Source: Chiloscyllium plagiosum (lineage: Eukaryota). Taken from it: 64,000 bases of DNA. Position 1 is the stretch's first letter; each line of letters starts with the position of its first letter. Positions 11,630-23,425 of this stretch are shown here, piece after piece. Under the pieces are notes generated by a model that saw only the letters and a program-made list of their open reading frames with translations, did not search any database and was not told where the DNA came from. The DNA is taken from NCBI RefSeq assembly GCF_004010195.1, contig NC_057718.1, forward strand, positions 78,978,676-79,042,675, in the 5' to 3' direction. The translations under genes were made by a program, and so were the position numbers.

Positions 11630-14600
11630 TATGTGTCGATATAGTTCAAAAAGGGCTGCCATATTTTGTAGAATAATTCACCTTTTTTTTTGGTGCACCA
11701 TATTTGTGAGGAAGTCAAGGGGGGATATATTCCATGATTAACCTGTGCCTGTTCGAAAGTCCTGGAAGGCCTTCAGCTGCCCAATTCACTAAAATATTTT
11801 TCCTTGCACAAAAGGAGAAAATGGAAAATAGTTTCCTCCCATGCACGTCCAGGGAGGGAAAATCTGAAAAGCCCAAGAGCAGAGATGCTGGATCCAATCT
11901 AATCTCCGTTCCCAAGATCTCTGTCAAGGCATTCACTATTCTGTCCCAATACCTGCGGATCTTATGGCATGTCCATAGACAAAGCATGAGAGTGCCAACT
12001 ACTATTTTGCATTTAGGACACATTGGGGATGCTTCTACCTTAAATTTTGCGAGTCATTCAGGTGCTATATGAGCCCCGTGGAATATCTTTAATTGAATAG
12101 CTTGAGTTCTACTACAAATAGAGATCATTTTGGTGTTTCCCCTGATGTCCTCCCATGTTTCTGAAGAGATTTCTAACCCCAGTTCTTGGTTCCATGTTTT
12201 AAATAATCGTTCCATGTCTTTTCGATACCTCATTAAATAATGAATGATAAAGAGTACTGACCGAGGGCGGCTCCCTCGGCCATAGCACTCTTCTCTCCCT
12301 ATCTGATTTGTAGGGATTGCCTATTGGTGTGGTCTTATGTATATAATCTCGTATTTGAAAATACTGAAAAAGGTCCCTGTTAGGCAGTCCAAACTTCTGG
12401 TGCAACTGCTCAGAAGACATCATAACCTCCCCATCGAACAGGTCCCCCAAGCAGGAGATACCTCTGGACTTCCAAGTTTTAAATGTGGCATCCGTCAGCC
12501 CTGGCTGAAATCCCAATGCTTCCACGATAGGAGTATAAGGGGAGGTTTTTTGCAGGTTACCCTCATCTTGTCGCATTATCCTCCAGGCTTAAATTTTATT
12601 TAATACAATAGGGTTTTTGCAATAGTCCATAATAGCTCTCATCCTATCCATAAATAAAAGATTGATGGGGGGACACTTTGCTTGGGAGGTCTTAATATCT
12701 AACCAAATTGATTGGGTCTCTTGTGACCCACAGTCAGCTACATAAGATAATAAAGAGCTCAACTGATACCTCCTAAAGTCTGGAAAGTCCAGTCCTCCCC
12801 TTGCCTTTCTAATTTGATAAGGGGCCGTCTATGATTCAGATAAAGGAACCAAGCCAGCCGTGGAGCTTACAATGCCAGTCTCGGCAACATCAGAGGGAGC
12901 ATTCTCATAGGATATAGAAGACGAGGTAGAATATTCATTTTAACTAGGACTACTCTGCCTAACCAGGATATTGGGAGATCTCCCCAGCGTTTAAGGTACT
13001 ACCTTATTTTCTCTAATAGGTGCACAAAGTTGGCTTTATACAGCTGACCAAATACTGGGGTGATAAAAATACCCAAGTATAGGAAACCTTCCAGTGACCA
13101 CTGAAAGGGAAAGCAAGATCCGTCTGGTAAGTTGGATATACTGGCGAGACCACCCAATGGCATAGCCTCAGATTTCATAAAATTGATTTTATAGCCTGAG
13201 AACATACTAAATAGATTGACCACTTGAATTAGGTGGGGCATGGATATCAAAGTTGAAAAATGTGGTGCTGGAAAAACACAGCAGGCCAGGCAGCATCTGA
13301 GGAGCATAAGCCCTTCTTCATGGATATCAAAGGATCACTTAAGAAAAGGAGGACATCATCTGCATAGAGAGTAATTTTATATTTACCCGAACCAACCCTC
13401 GGAGCCGCTATGTTAGAGTCAGTTCGTATAGCTTTCACTAGTGGTTTGATTACTCGTGTGAATGATAATGGTGAGAGAGGACATCCCTACCTACACTGAA
13501 GCTATCCGAACCTAAACCATTGGTGACTGAAGCTGCTTTGGGGTCATTGTATAGTACTGAGACCCATTTGAAAAATACCTCTCCAACACCGAACCTTTCC
13601 AGTGCATAAAAAAAAATGGCCATTCTACCCGAACCAATGCCTTCTCTGCGTCCAAGGAGACAACTAACCCTGGTATTATTCCCTGATGACAGGCTTGTAT
13701 CATGTTTAAGACCCTTCTGATATTATTAGTTGATCTGCGGCCCTTAATAAACCCTGTCTGGTTCTCTTTTATGATGTATGGTAAGACCCTCTCCAAACTT
13801 AATGCTGACATTTTAGAAGGAATTTTAAAATCCACATTTAGCAAGGATATTGGCCTGTGCGATGAACAGTCTTCTGGAGCGTTTCCTTTTTTAAAAACGA
13901 GAGAGATATTTGCTTCCCTCAACGAAGGCTGAAGGTAGCTCTGACTATGTGAGTAATTATACATATTTATGAGTGGTCCAGCCAGGTCCCCTATAAATTT
14001 TTTATAAAACTCGACCTGGAATCCGTCTGATACAGGCGTTTTGCCACTCTGAAGCTGTCTAATTGCGTCGAGTACTTCCTGGGTTGTCAGGGGGGCATTC
14101 AAGATCGACACCTGCTCAGAGGTTAAGCCCGGAAAGGCCAAGTCTTTAAAGAAGGACTCCATCTTCTCAGTTCTATCCCCTCAGTCCTGCGATTTATACA
14201 GTTAAAAATAGAACTTTCTAAAGGCTGTATTGATCTTTTTACGATCACAGGTTAAAGTACCAGCACTTTCTCTAATGGATGTAATAGCTTGAGGAGCCTT
14301 TTTTATTCCCTAGCAAAGTATGCTAGGTATCTTAGACTTGTCACCATATTCATATAATCTCTGCTTTGCGAATAATATTTCCCTCTTTGCTCAAGGCTGC
14401 CCTAAGGGCTGTGATCCTTTATAGCTCAGTAATAGAGGGCCTATCAACATACGTTGTCTGAGCTGTCTTCAATCAAGCCTCGAGCCAGCACTTTTGTCTT
14501 TTCTGGGTCGCAGAATATGAGATGACCAAACCTCGCGTATAAGCCTTAATGGTCTCCCACATCGTCAACAGGTTACTGGCCGTACATGAGTTAATTTCCA

Positions 14601-15502
14601 AAAAGGTTTTGAATTCCTGAGAAAAATATTTTATAAATTTGCTATCCTTCAATAAGAAAGAATCCATACCCCAATGTTGGGGGGCCTGACCCATCGTCCC
14701 TAGTCTTGACTTCCATATATACTGTGTCATGATCAGAAATAGCTGTATTACCTATTTTACAAGATAATATGGAATTCAAAAGGGTCAAGGGAGCAAAGAA
14801 CATATCAATTCTGGCATGGCACTTGTGTGGGCTAGAGTAGAAAGTAAAGTCTCTACCCTGGGGGTGAAGGCACCCCCACACATCATCTAGCCATAGCTCC
14901 TTTTTCAGATCCGCCAGTTGTCTAGATCTAAGAGATATACCCATAGTGCTCTTAGGTGTTCTATCTGTCTCTGGGTCCATAACACAGTTAAAACCTCCTC
15001 CCATAATTGTATGGTGGACCCCAAAAGCCATCAACTTAGAGAACTCTTCCGTTACAAATTTAAACGGGTGCGCCCGTGGAGGGGGGGGGGGGGGTGCAAT
15101 AAAGATTCAAAATTCCATATTTCTCTCCATATATTAGGGCTTTGATCAGTATATACAGTCCAGACTCATCTTTTATCTGGCTCAACATTTGGAAAGGAAA
15201 ATTCTTCCGAATGAGAATGACTACTCCCCTACTTTTCGAACTGAAAGATGAGAAAAAAGCCTGATCAAATCTGCCCTGTTGTAGCTTTAAGTGCTCTTTG
15301 TCAAGTAGATGTGTCTCCTGTAAGAGATTAGTTAGTCATTTTAAACTGTCCAAGTTTGATGTAAAATGACTGACTACGCTAGGCAAAAGCTATCTTAAAT
15401 GATTTAAAGGGTGTGGTGAAGACGAGTGCCCCACTTTGCCTGAGTCTTAGGCAGAGCGCGACAGACTCAGACTTGCTGGATCGCTGCCATCTTGAAACCC
15501 CC
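11630..15502 (-). mobile_element. L1-clade LINE: decayed ORF2 (APE endonuclease, RT, Cys-rich end) with retained 5' end, ORF1 absent
   Basis: Motifs LQETHL, GGGFNCVMDP, ARIDMFF, ISDHD, RPISLLNVDFKI, SLDAEKA, LYADDVLLF, CPKC...LWTC. 5' end gggggtttcaagatggcagc. Confidence 0.9.
13253..13318 (-). mobile_element. 66-bp Penelope pLTR fragment (family B) inserted in L1 RT
   Basis: 14-bp direct repeat catggatatcaaag at 13239-13252 and 13319-13332. Confidence 0.8.
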
Positions 15503-15644
15503 TTATCTTAATTTTTAAGAATGTATTTCTGTTATTAATATCGACACTGGAGGATGGCAATTTCAATGCTTTTCACTATATTTTTTGAAAAAATGTGACA
15601 ATAAATTACTATTCTAGTCTAATTAGACCAGGCATTTTATTTTT

Positions 15645-16180
15645 TAGAGTTTAGAAGAATGAGAGGTGAACTCATTTAAACAATAACTTCTTAGAGTTTA
15701 ACAGGGTAGATGCAGGAAAGATGTTCCATCTGACTGAGTATTGAGTACAGGAGTTTGGAGGTCATGTTGCAGCTGTACAGCAATTGATTAGGCCACTTCT
15801 GGAATATTGTGTGCAATTCTGGTCTCCTATTGGAAGGATGTTGTGAAACTTGAAAGGGTTCAGAAAAGGTTTACAAGGATGTTGCCAGGGTTGGAGGATT
15901 TGAGCTATAAAGAGGTTGAATAGGCTGGGGCTGTTTTCACTAGAGTGTCAGAGGTTGAGGCGTGACCTTATAGGGGTTCACAAAATCATGAGGGGCATGG
16001 ATAAGGTAAATGGACAAAGTCTTTTCCCTGGGGTGGGGGAGTCCAGAATTAGAGGGCATAGGTTTAGGGTAAGGGAGCAAGAATAAAAAAGACCTAAGGG
16101 GCAACTCTTTCATGCAGAGTATGGTACATGTATGGAATGAGCTGCCAGAGGGAGTGATGGTGTCTAGTACAATTGCGGCA
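15645..16180 (+). mobile_element. CR1/HER1-like LINE 3' fragments
   Basis: LIRPLLEYCVQFWSP-like segment and typical CR1 ORF2 C-terminal DNA. Confidence 0.85.
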
Positions 16181-17165
16181 TTGTCTCTATGTCTGGGATT
16201 GGGGTTCTAGACTTGGTTTCCATTACTCCATCCTCTGTAAACTTCAGTTTATTTAAATCTGCTTATTGTGTTACACCCAAGACCATGTCATGCTCCTCAG
16301 TAACTACTTTTCCTGCTGATCTGGATTGGCTTTCAATTGTCCATACCTCAAATTTAAAATCCTCAATCCTCTCTTTAATGGATTTTTTCTCATCTTGCAG
16401 CAGCACAGAATTGCAGTGGATAAGCATCAATGAGTAAGGCCATTTGGCTGTATCACTGCACACCGGTGATTTGTGATCTCCAGAGCCTCTCCTTACACTC
16501 CCTAATCTAAGATGTTATCTGAATAATCTCCTATTCCTTCTACCTCATGAATTGAAGGGAAACCTTGGATGCTACGTAAACTGCAGTAAAAAGATTGAAT
16601 TTCCAAGACCAATTTTTTTCCTTATGGCAGAACTCATAGTTGACTTTAGTATGGATTTTGTGTCTAAGTGAAATTGTAGGAAAACAGTTGTGCTGGAATT
16701 AAATTAGAAAAAGCTAAATAATTCACTAATCGTTATATTACATGACCGCAGATACCATTATTATAATGCATGGAGTGCAATTTATGACGAAACATAGAAG
16801 ATAGGAACAGGAATAGGTCATTTGTCCCTTTGAACCTGCTCCATCATTGAAAATGATGTAGCTGATCATCTAACTCAGTAAGCTGTTCCTGCTTTCTCCC
16901 CATATTCTTTGATATCTTTAGCCCTAAGAACTATATCTGATTCCTTCTTGAAAAAATTCAATGTTTTTATCTCAGCAGCTTTCTGTGGAAGAGAATTCCA
17001 CAGGCTTACCATTCTCTGGGTGAACAAATTTCTCCTGATCTGTGTCTTGAATGGCCTACCCCATATCCTAAAACTGTGACACCTAATTGTGGACTCCCCA
17101 GTAATTGGAATAATCTACCCTGTATTTTCCCAGTCTTGTCCTGTTAGAATCCTTCCACTGATGAG

Positions 17166-17355
17166 ATTAAAAATCTCTCAACACCAGGATATAATCCAAC
17201 AGGTTTATTTGGAAGCTCTAGCTTTCGGAATACCTGATGAAGGAGCAGCGCTCTGAAAGCTAGTGCTTCCAAATAAATCTGTTGGACTATAACCTGGTGT
17301 TGTGAGATTCTTAACTTTGTACACCCCAGTCCAACACTGGCATCTCCAAATCATG
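17166..17355 (+). mobile_element. Penelope pLTR fold-back mini-element (family A)
   Basis: 17166-17229 is an inverted copy of ~17252-17313; flanked by tccactgat(g/a)ag duplication. Confidence 0.85.
17231..17265 (+). ncRNA. Minimal type I hammerhead ribozyme, apparently intact
   Basis: tac-CTGATGA-a-ggagc-agc-gctct-GAAA-gcta-gtg: stem I tac/gtg, stem II ggagc/gctct, palindromic AGCT stem III. Confidence 0.7.
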
Positions 17356-18959
17356 TCCACTGATAAGGAGCGCATCCAAATCAAAAGCTGCATCCGATAC
17401 TCCACTAGTCTCACCAAGGCCCCATACAGTTGCAGAAGGACATCCTTGCTCCTGTATTAGAATCTTCTCTCTGAGGGCAGGCATACCATTTGCCGCCTTC
17501 ACTGTCTGCTGCACCAAATGTTTACTTTATTTCTGGTGTAGGAGGGCATCTAGGTCAAGTTGCAACTCATACTTTCTTAATCTGTTGCCATTCAGATAGT
17601 CTGTCTCCTGTTTTTGCTACCAAAGTCGATAACTTCATATATTTCATCTACCATACATTTGCCCACTTAACTTGTCCAAATCACACTGAAGCATCTCTGC
17701 TCTTCCACGCAGCACATCTTCCAACCCATCTTTGTGTAATTTGCAAACTTGGGGGTATTACATTTAGCTCCCTAATCTGAATTATTTTGTATATCTTAGG
17801 AATAGCTGGGGTCCAAGTGCTGATCCCTGTGGTACCCCACTGGTCGCTGTCTGCCACTAGGAAAAAGACCCATTTATTCCAATTCTTTGTTTCCAGTTGC
17901 CAACCTGTTCTCTATCCATATTGGTAACTACCCCCAATTCTGTGCACTTTTATATGCAAATCTCGTGTGTGCGATCTTACTGAAAGCCTGTTGAAAGTTC
18001 AAGGAAAACGCACCAACTGGTTCTCCCTTGTCAGCTATCAAAAAATGTTGTAGATTTGTCAAGCATGATTTCACTTTCGCAAGTCTGTCCAATCCTGTCA
18101 CTGTTCCAAGTGTTTTGCTATTAAATCTCATCCTTTCTCGCATTTTCCCCACTGATGATGTTAGGCGAACTGGTCTGTAATTCACTGTTTTCTCTCTTAC
18201 TCCTTTTTTAAAATAGTGGAGTTTAATTAGCAACCTTCCAACCAGCAGGAACTCTTCCAGGGTCTATAGAATCATGAAAATGGCTGCCAATGTGTCCACT
18301 ATATCTAGGATACTTCTTTGAGTACTCTGGAATTTAGATAATTAGACCCAGGGATTTATTTGCTTTTAATCCCATAATTTCCTCAAGAGCATCTTCCTAT
18401 TAAAATTGATTTTCTTCAGTTCCTTCCTCTCACTGGACCTTGTATTCCCCAACATTTTGTGATGTTACTTGTGTCCTCCTTGAAGACAGAACCAAAGTAT
18501 GTATTTAATTGATTTGCTGTCTTCCCTTTATAACATCTCTATTTCTGACTAAGGAAGCTATCTATAGAAAGTTTTTTTGTAATCATTTGTACCCTGAAAG
18601 CTTTCTCTCATGCTCTATTTCTCCTCCTTTCTTAATCGCTTTGCCCTCCTTTGCTGAAATCTAAACTTCGCCCAATTGTCAGGTTAGCTACTTTCCTTTA
18701 CGCTAATATGTATGCTCCTTCCTTGTATCTAATACTGCACCTAATTTCTCATGTTAGCGATAGTCAGACCATCTTTTCTTTTTCTTTTATACTGGACAGG
18801 AGAGAACAATTTTTGTAGTCCATCCATGTGCTCTTTAAATGTTTACCATTGCCTAGCCACTTCATCTCTTGGCGTAATGTTCCCCAATTTATCGTAGCTC
18901 GCTCCTCATTGTTTAAACTCTTATGCTATGATTGGGTTGGCTTTGCAGACCAGCATGTG

Positions 18960-19298
18960 TTCTGTTAGCATTGTTTATCCATGTGGTTAATGTTGTGAAG
19001 AAGCCTAGGTAGCCTGTTTTTCTAATATTGCTTCAGGGATAGACACTAGCTGGAACACAGTTGCTCTTCATTGAGATAGTGTGTTGGGGATTTTTTCTAG
19101 AGGAATCGAAGTGAGCAGGTGGGGCCTCTTGTATTAACATTTCATCTGAAGGGCAGCACCTTTCACAGTGCAGTAATCTCTGTGCTCCATTGGGCTGTCA
19201 ATCTTGCTTTTAACTCACTTAAGCCCTGCAGCGGGACCTGTACCTGTGACCTTGTTTTCAAAAAGGCAAGAATGCTGCCACTGAGCCACAGCTGACAC
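18960..19298 (-). mobile_element. Deu-SINE (SacSINE1-like), degenerate
   Basis: Minus strand gtgtcagctgtggctcagtgg head and Deu-domain-like ctgcactgtgaaaggtgctgcccttcagatgaaatgttaa...gaggcccc. Confidence 0.7.
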
Positions 19299-19621
19299 AA
19301 ATTAGCCATAACAGTTCATTGTGAAATCCTTCAAAATCATATTGATCAGAATATGAATCACTGAACCATTCGCTCATGTATAACATTGAAGATGACAAGG
19401 AAAGTTGGTATACATCGTTTATTGGTAGTTTGGTATTGTTGTTCTGCAGATAATTGTCCTCTGTACCGTCAGACACATTTTAGATTATACTTTTGAAGAT
19501 ATGGAATCAAATTAGTTCCACATAAGACTGTCCATCTATTTCTTCCACAGTTGACCAAAAATAAAGCATTAGGTGTAACATTTGGATTTTCAGCATGTAT
19601 TTGATTAGGTACCACAAGTGG

Positions 19622-20208
19622 GAGAAGGTGAGGACTGCGGATGCTGGAAATCAGAGTTGAAGAGTGTGATGCTGGAAAAACACAGCCGGTCAGGCAGCAT
19701 CTGAGGCGCAGGAGAATCGATGTTTCGGGCATAAGCCCTTCATCAGGAATGAGGCTTGTGGCCCATGGAGGCTGAGAGGTAAATGGGGAGAGGGGTGCTG
19801 GGAATGTGATAGGTAGATGAAGTTGGGGGTGAAGGTGATAGGTCGGAGAAGAGGGTGGAGCAGATAGGTCAGATGGGAAGATGGGAAAGAAGATGGACAG
19901 GTCAAGAGGGCGGTGCTGAGTTGGAGGGTTGGATCTGGGATAAGATGGGAGAGGAAATGAGGAACCTGGTGAAATCCACATTGATCCCGTGTGGTTGGAG
20001 GGTCTCAAGGCGGAAGATAAAGCATTCTTTTTCTCTGTGTAGGGTGGTAAAGGTTTGGCAGTAGAGGAGGCCCAGAACTTGTATGTCCTTGGTGGAGTGG
20101 GAGGGGGAGTTGAAGTGTTCAGCCATGGGGAAGTGGGGTTGTTTCGTGCTTGTGTCCCGGAGATGTTCTCTGAAATGTTCTGCAAGTTGGTGTCCTGTCT
20201 CCCCAATG
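19622..20208 (-). mobile_element. Penelope-like element 3' part (family B): GIY-YIG-region C-terminus plus pLTR with hammerhead
   Basis: AEHFNSPSHS...IFRLETLQPHGINVDF; minus-strand CTGATGA agggcttatgccc GAAA catc at ~19718-19748. Confidence 0.85.
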
Positions 20209-20214
20209 TAACAG

Positions 20215-20440
20215 GTATGGGAGATGAGGAATTTCTTTATTTGAGGAGACTGGATCTGTGGATTTCTTTACTGCAGAGGACTGTCGAGATTGATTTATTA
20301 AGTAGATTCAAGTCAGAGATTTTTAATCAAGGGTATGGAAAAAAAGGCATAGGAGTAGGTGTGAAGGTGATCTGATCAACTATGATTTCATTTAATGGTG
20401 GAGCAGACTTTATGGGCTGAATAGCCTACTTCTATATCTT
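20215..20440 (+). mobile_element. CR1 3' end fragment
   Basis: Similar to the 7860-8100 3' region. Confidence 0.7.
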
Positions 20441-20559
20441 ATCCCCTACCTCTTCTGAGATGTGTAGTGGGGTGTCACTGGATTCCCTATAGTTACAACT
20501 ATAGGGAGTTGAGGGTGGGCTAACGATAGGAGAGCTCACTGATTCCTGTGGTTGAAGTG

Positions 20560-20775
20560 AATAGGGAAAAGACTTAAGGAAGAGTGGCTGAGTGTTTACG
20601 GTATGGGGAAGATGAGCTTTATCTAGTGTGTCATAGAGTCAAACTGGTGGTGTCACTATAAGTTCTGTGTCCTATGTTGCTGCCCCACTCGTTACCTGAT
20701 TAAGGAGCAGCGCTCTGAAAACTAGTACTTCCAACTAAACTTGTTGGGCTGTAGTCTGGTGGTGTGATTTTTAAC
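20560..20775 (+). mobile_element. Penelope pLTR fragment (family A), degenerate hammerhead
   Basis: cctgattaaggagcagcgctctgaaaactag...ggtgtgatttttaac. Confidence 0.7.
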
Positions 20776-20779
20776 TTAA

Positions 20780-21320
20780 GTCATACAGCATGGAAATGGA
20801 CCCTTCAATCCAACCAGTCCATGCCAACCATACCTGTAATCCCAAACTAAACTAGTTCCACCTGTCTGCTCCTGGTCCATATCCCTCCATACCTTTCCTA
20901 TTTATCTACTTATCTAAGTGTCTTTTAAATGTTGTAACTGTGCCTAGATACACCCCTTCCTCAGGATGCTCATTTCACACATGAACCATTCCCTTTGTAA
21001 AAAAAAATTATCCCCATATGTTTTTTAATTCTGTCTCTTCTCACCTTAAAAAATATCTCATAGTCTTTAAATCCCTGGTTCTAAGAAAAAGAAACTCACC
21101 ATTAGCCCTGTTTATATACCCTCTACATGGTCACCTTTCAATATCCTGCACTCCAGTGAAAAAAAGCCCCAGCCTATCCAGCCTTTCTTTGTAATTCAAA
21201 CCTTCCATACACAGTAACATCCTGGTAAATCTCTTCTGAACCCTCTCTAGCTTAATAATATCCTTCCTGTAATCTGGTGACTAGAACCGGACACTATTCC
21301 AGAAGAGGCCTCACCAATGG
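20780..21320 (-). mobile_element. HER1/CR1 3' fragment
   Basis: Similar to the 35245 and 41920 3' ends. Confidence 0.8.
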
Positions 21321-21379
21321 GTGTGTAATGATTGTGAAGAATATTTGTTTAGCTACTCTTAGTCTTTTTTTTTCCCCCA

Positions 21380-21785
21380 GGGTGGTATAGGTTTAAGGTG
21401 AGGAGGGAAAGATATAAAAAAGACCTGACGGGGGAACTTTTTCACGCAGAAGATGGTATGTGTGTAGAAGTAGTGGAAGCAGATACAGTTGCAACATTTA
21501 AAAGGAATCTGGGAGCCCTCTTGTTGCACCGTGATAGTGTCCCTATCCCTGGACCAAGAGACCTGGGTTCAAGACTCACCTACTCCAGAAGTGTGTAAAA
21601 ACATCTCTGAACAGGTTGGTTAGAAACAATAGGGTAAATATAAGGCATCTGAATGGGTATATCAATAGGAAGAGTTTAGAGGGATATGGGCCAAATGCTG
21701 GCAAATGGGCCGAGATTGGATTGGGGTGTCTGGTCAGTGTGGATGAGATGGACTGAAAGTTCGGTTTCCATGCTTATGACTTTGC
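21380..21785 (+). mobile_element. CR1 3' fragment interrupted by a short tRNA SINE (21511-21628)
   Basis: CR1 tail resumes after the SINE; aagg(a/c)atctg occurs on both sides. Confidence 0.75.
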
Positions 21786-22057
21786 CTCTAAAATGCTTCA
21801 GATTCGTTCCATTTGTGATTAGTTGTTGGAAACATCTTGTTGAATCTCGTCAGCTTTGAATTATTTAATGTCCACTCTATCAGTTCAGATTTTTCTGTGA
21901 TCCTATTATGGGCAATCCTATTTATCAGCAATCAACAAAATATTTTGTTCAAAGATTTAATCATTGTATACATATGTATAAAATATTGTTTGTGCTATCT
22001 TGTCTTTCTAAAGAAGAAAGTCCCAACTGTTATAATGGTTTGAAATTGAATGAAGTT

Positions 22058-23425
22058 CAATTTCACTCAGGAACAGGACATTGTTGTCGATGTGAATACT
22101 GAGTCACAATTAAGTAGAATGGATGGCTTTGAGGTATGTAGAGAAGAGGTGTTGGAAATTCTGGAAAGGGTGAAAATAGATAAGTCCCATGGGCCTGATG
22201 GCATTTATCCTAGGATTCTCTGGGAAGCAAGGGAGGAGATTGCAGAGCCATTGGCCTTGATTTTTATGTCCTCATTGTCTACCTACAGGAGTAGTGCCAG
22301 AAGATAGGAGGCTAGCAAATGTGGTTCCCTTGTTCAAGAAGGGGAGTAGGGATAACCCTAGTAACTATAGGCCGGTGAGTCTCACTTCTGTTGTGGGCAA
22401 AGTCTTAGAGAGAATTGTAAGGGATAGGATTTATGAACATCTGGATAGGAATAATGTGATCAAGGATAGTCAGCAAGGTTTTGTGAAGGGCANNNNNNNN
22501 NNNNNNNNNNNNNNNNNNNNNNNNNNNNNNNNNNNNNNNNNNNNNNNNNNNNNNNNNNNNNNNNNNNNNNNNNNNNNNNNNNNNNNNNNNNNNNNNNNNN
22601 NNNNNNNNNNNNNNNNNNNNNNNNNNNNNNNNNNNNNNNNNNNNNNNNNNNNNNNNNNNNNNNNNNNNNNNNNNNNNNNNNNNNNNNNNNNNNNNNNNNN
22701 NNNNNNNNNNNNNNNNNNNNNNNNNNNNNNNNNNNNNNNNNNNNNNNNNNNNNNNNNNNNNNNNNNNNNNNNNNNNNNNNNNNNNNNNNNNNNNNNNNNN
22801 NNNNNNNNNNNNNNNNNNNNNNNNNNNNNNNNNNNNNNNNNNNNNNNNNNNNNNNNNNNNNNNNNNNNNNNNNNNNNNNNNNNNNNNNNNNNNNNNNNNN
22901 NNNNNNNNNNNNNNNNNNNNNNNNNNNNNNNNNNNNNNNNNNNNNNNNNNNNNNNNNNNNNNNNNNNNNNNNNNNNNNNNNNNNNNNNNNNNNNNNNNNN
23001 NNNNNNNNNNNNNNNNNNNNNNNNNNNNNNNNNNNNNNNNNNNNNNNNNNNNNNNNNNNNNNNNNNNNNNNNNNNNNNNNNNNNNNNNNNNNNNNNNNNN
23101 NNNNNNNNNNNNNNNNNNNNNNNNNNNNNNNNNNNNNNNNNNNNNNNNNNNNNNNNNNNNNNNNNNNNNNNNNNNNNNNNNNNNNNNNNNNNNNNNNNNN
23201 NNNNNNNNNNNNNNNNNNNNNNNNNNNNNNNNNNNNNCTCAGCGAGTCGTGAGTTCATGGAATGCCCTGCCAGTAGCAGTGGTGGACTCTCCCTCATTAT
23301 GGGCATTTAAGCGGGCATTGGATAGGCATATGGAGGATAGTGGGGTAGTGTAGGTTAGGTGGGCTTGGATCGGCGCAACATCGAGGGCCAAAGGGCCTGT
23401 ACTGCGCTGTATTCTTCTATGTTCT
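22058..23425 (+). mobile_element. CR1 LINE, 5'-truncated, spanning a gap
   Basis: KSHGPDGIYPRIL and NYRPVSLTSVVGKVLE motifs; (ttctatg)n tail; 8-bp TSD atgaagtt at 22050-57 and 23426-33. Confidence 0.9.
22493..23237. other. Assembly gap (N run)
   Basis: Run of N. Confidence 1.

Larger units (their letters stand above)
16790..18900 (-). mobile_element. CR1 LINE, 3' end leftwards, interrupted by a Penelope fold-back
   Basis: NYRPVRLTSSVGKM and KSCLTNL motifs; CR1 3' UTR near 16790-16870. Confidence 0.85.

Noticed and set aside
19469..20206. 245-aa proline-rich ORF
   Set aside because: Off-frame reading of a Penelope 3' region and its low-complexity UTR.
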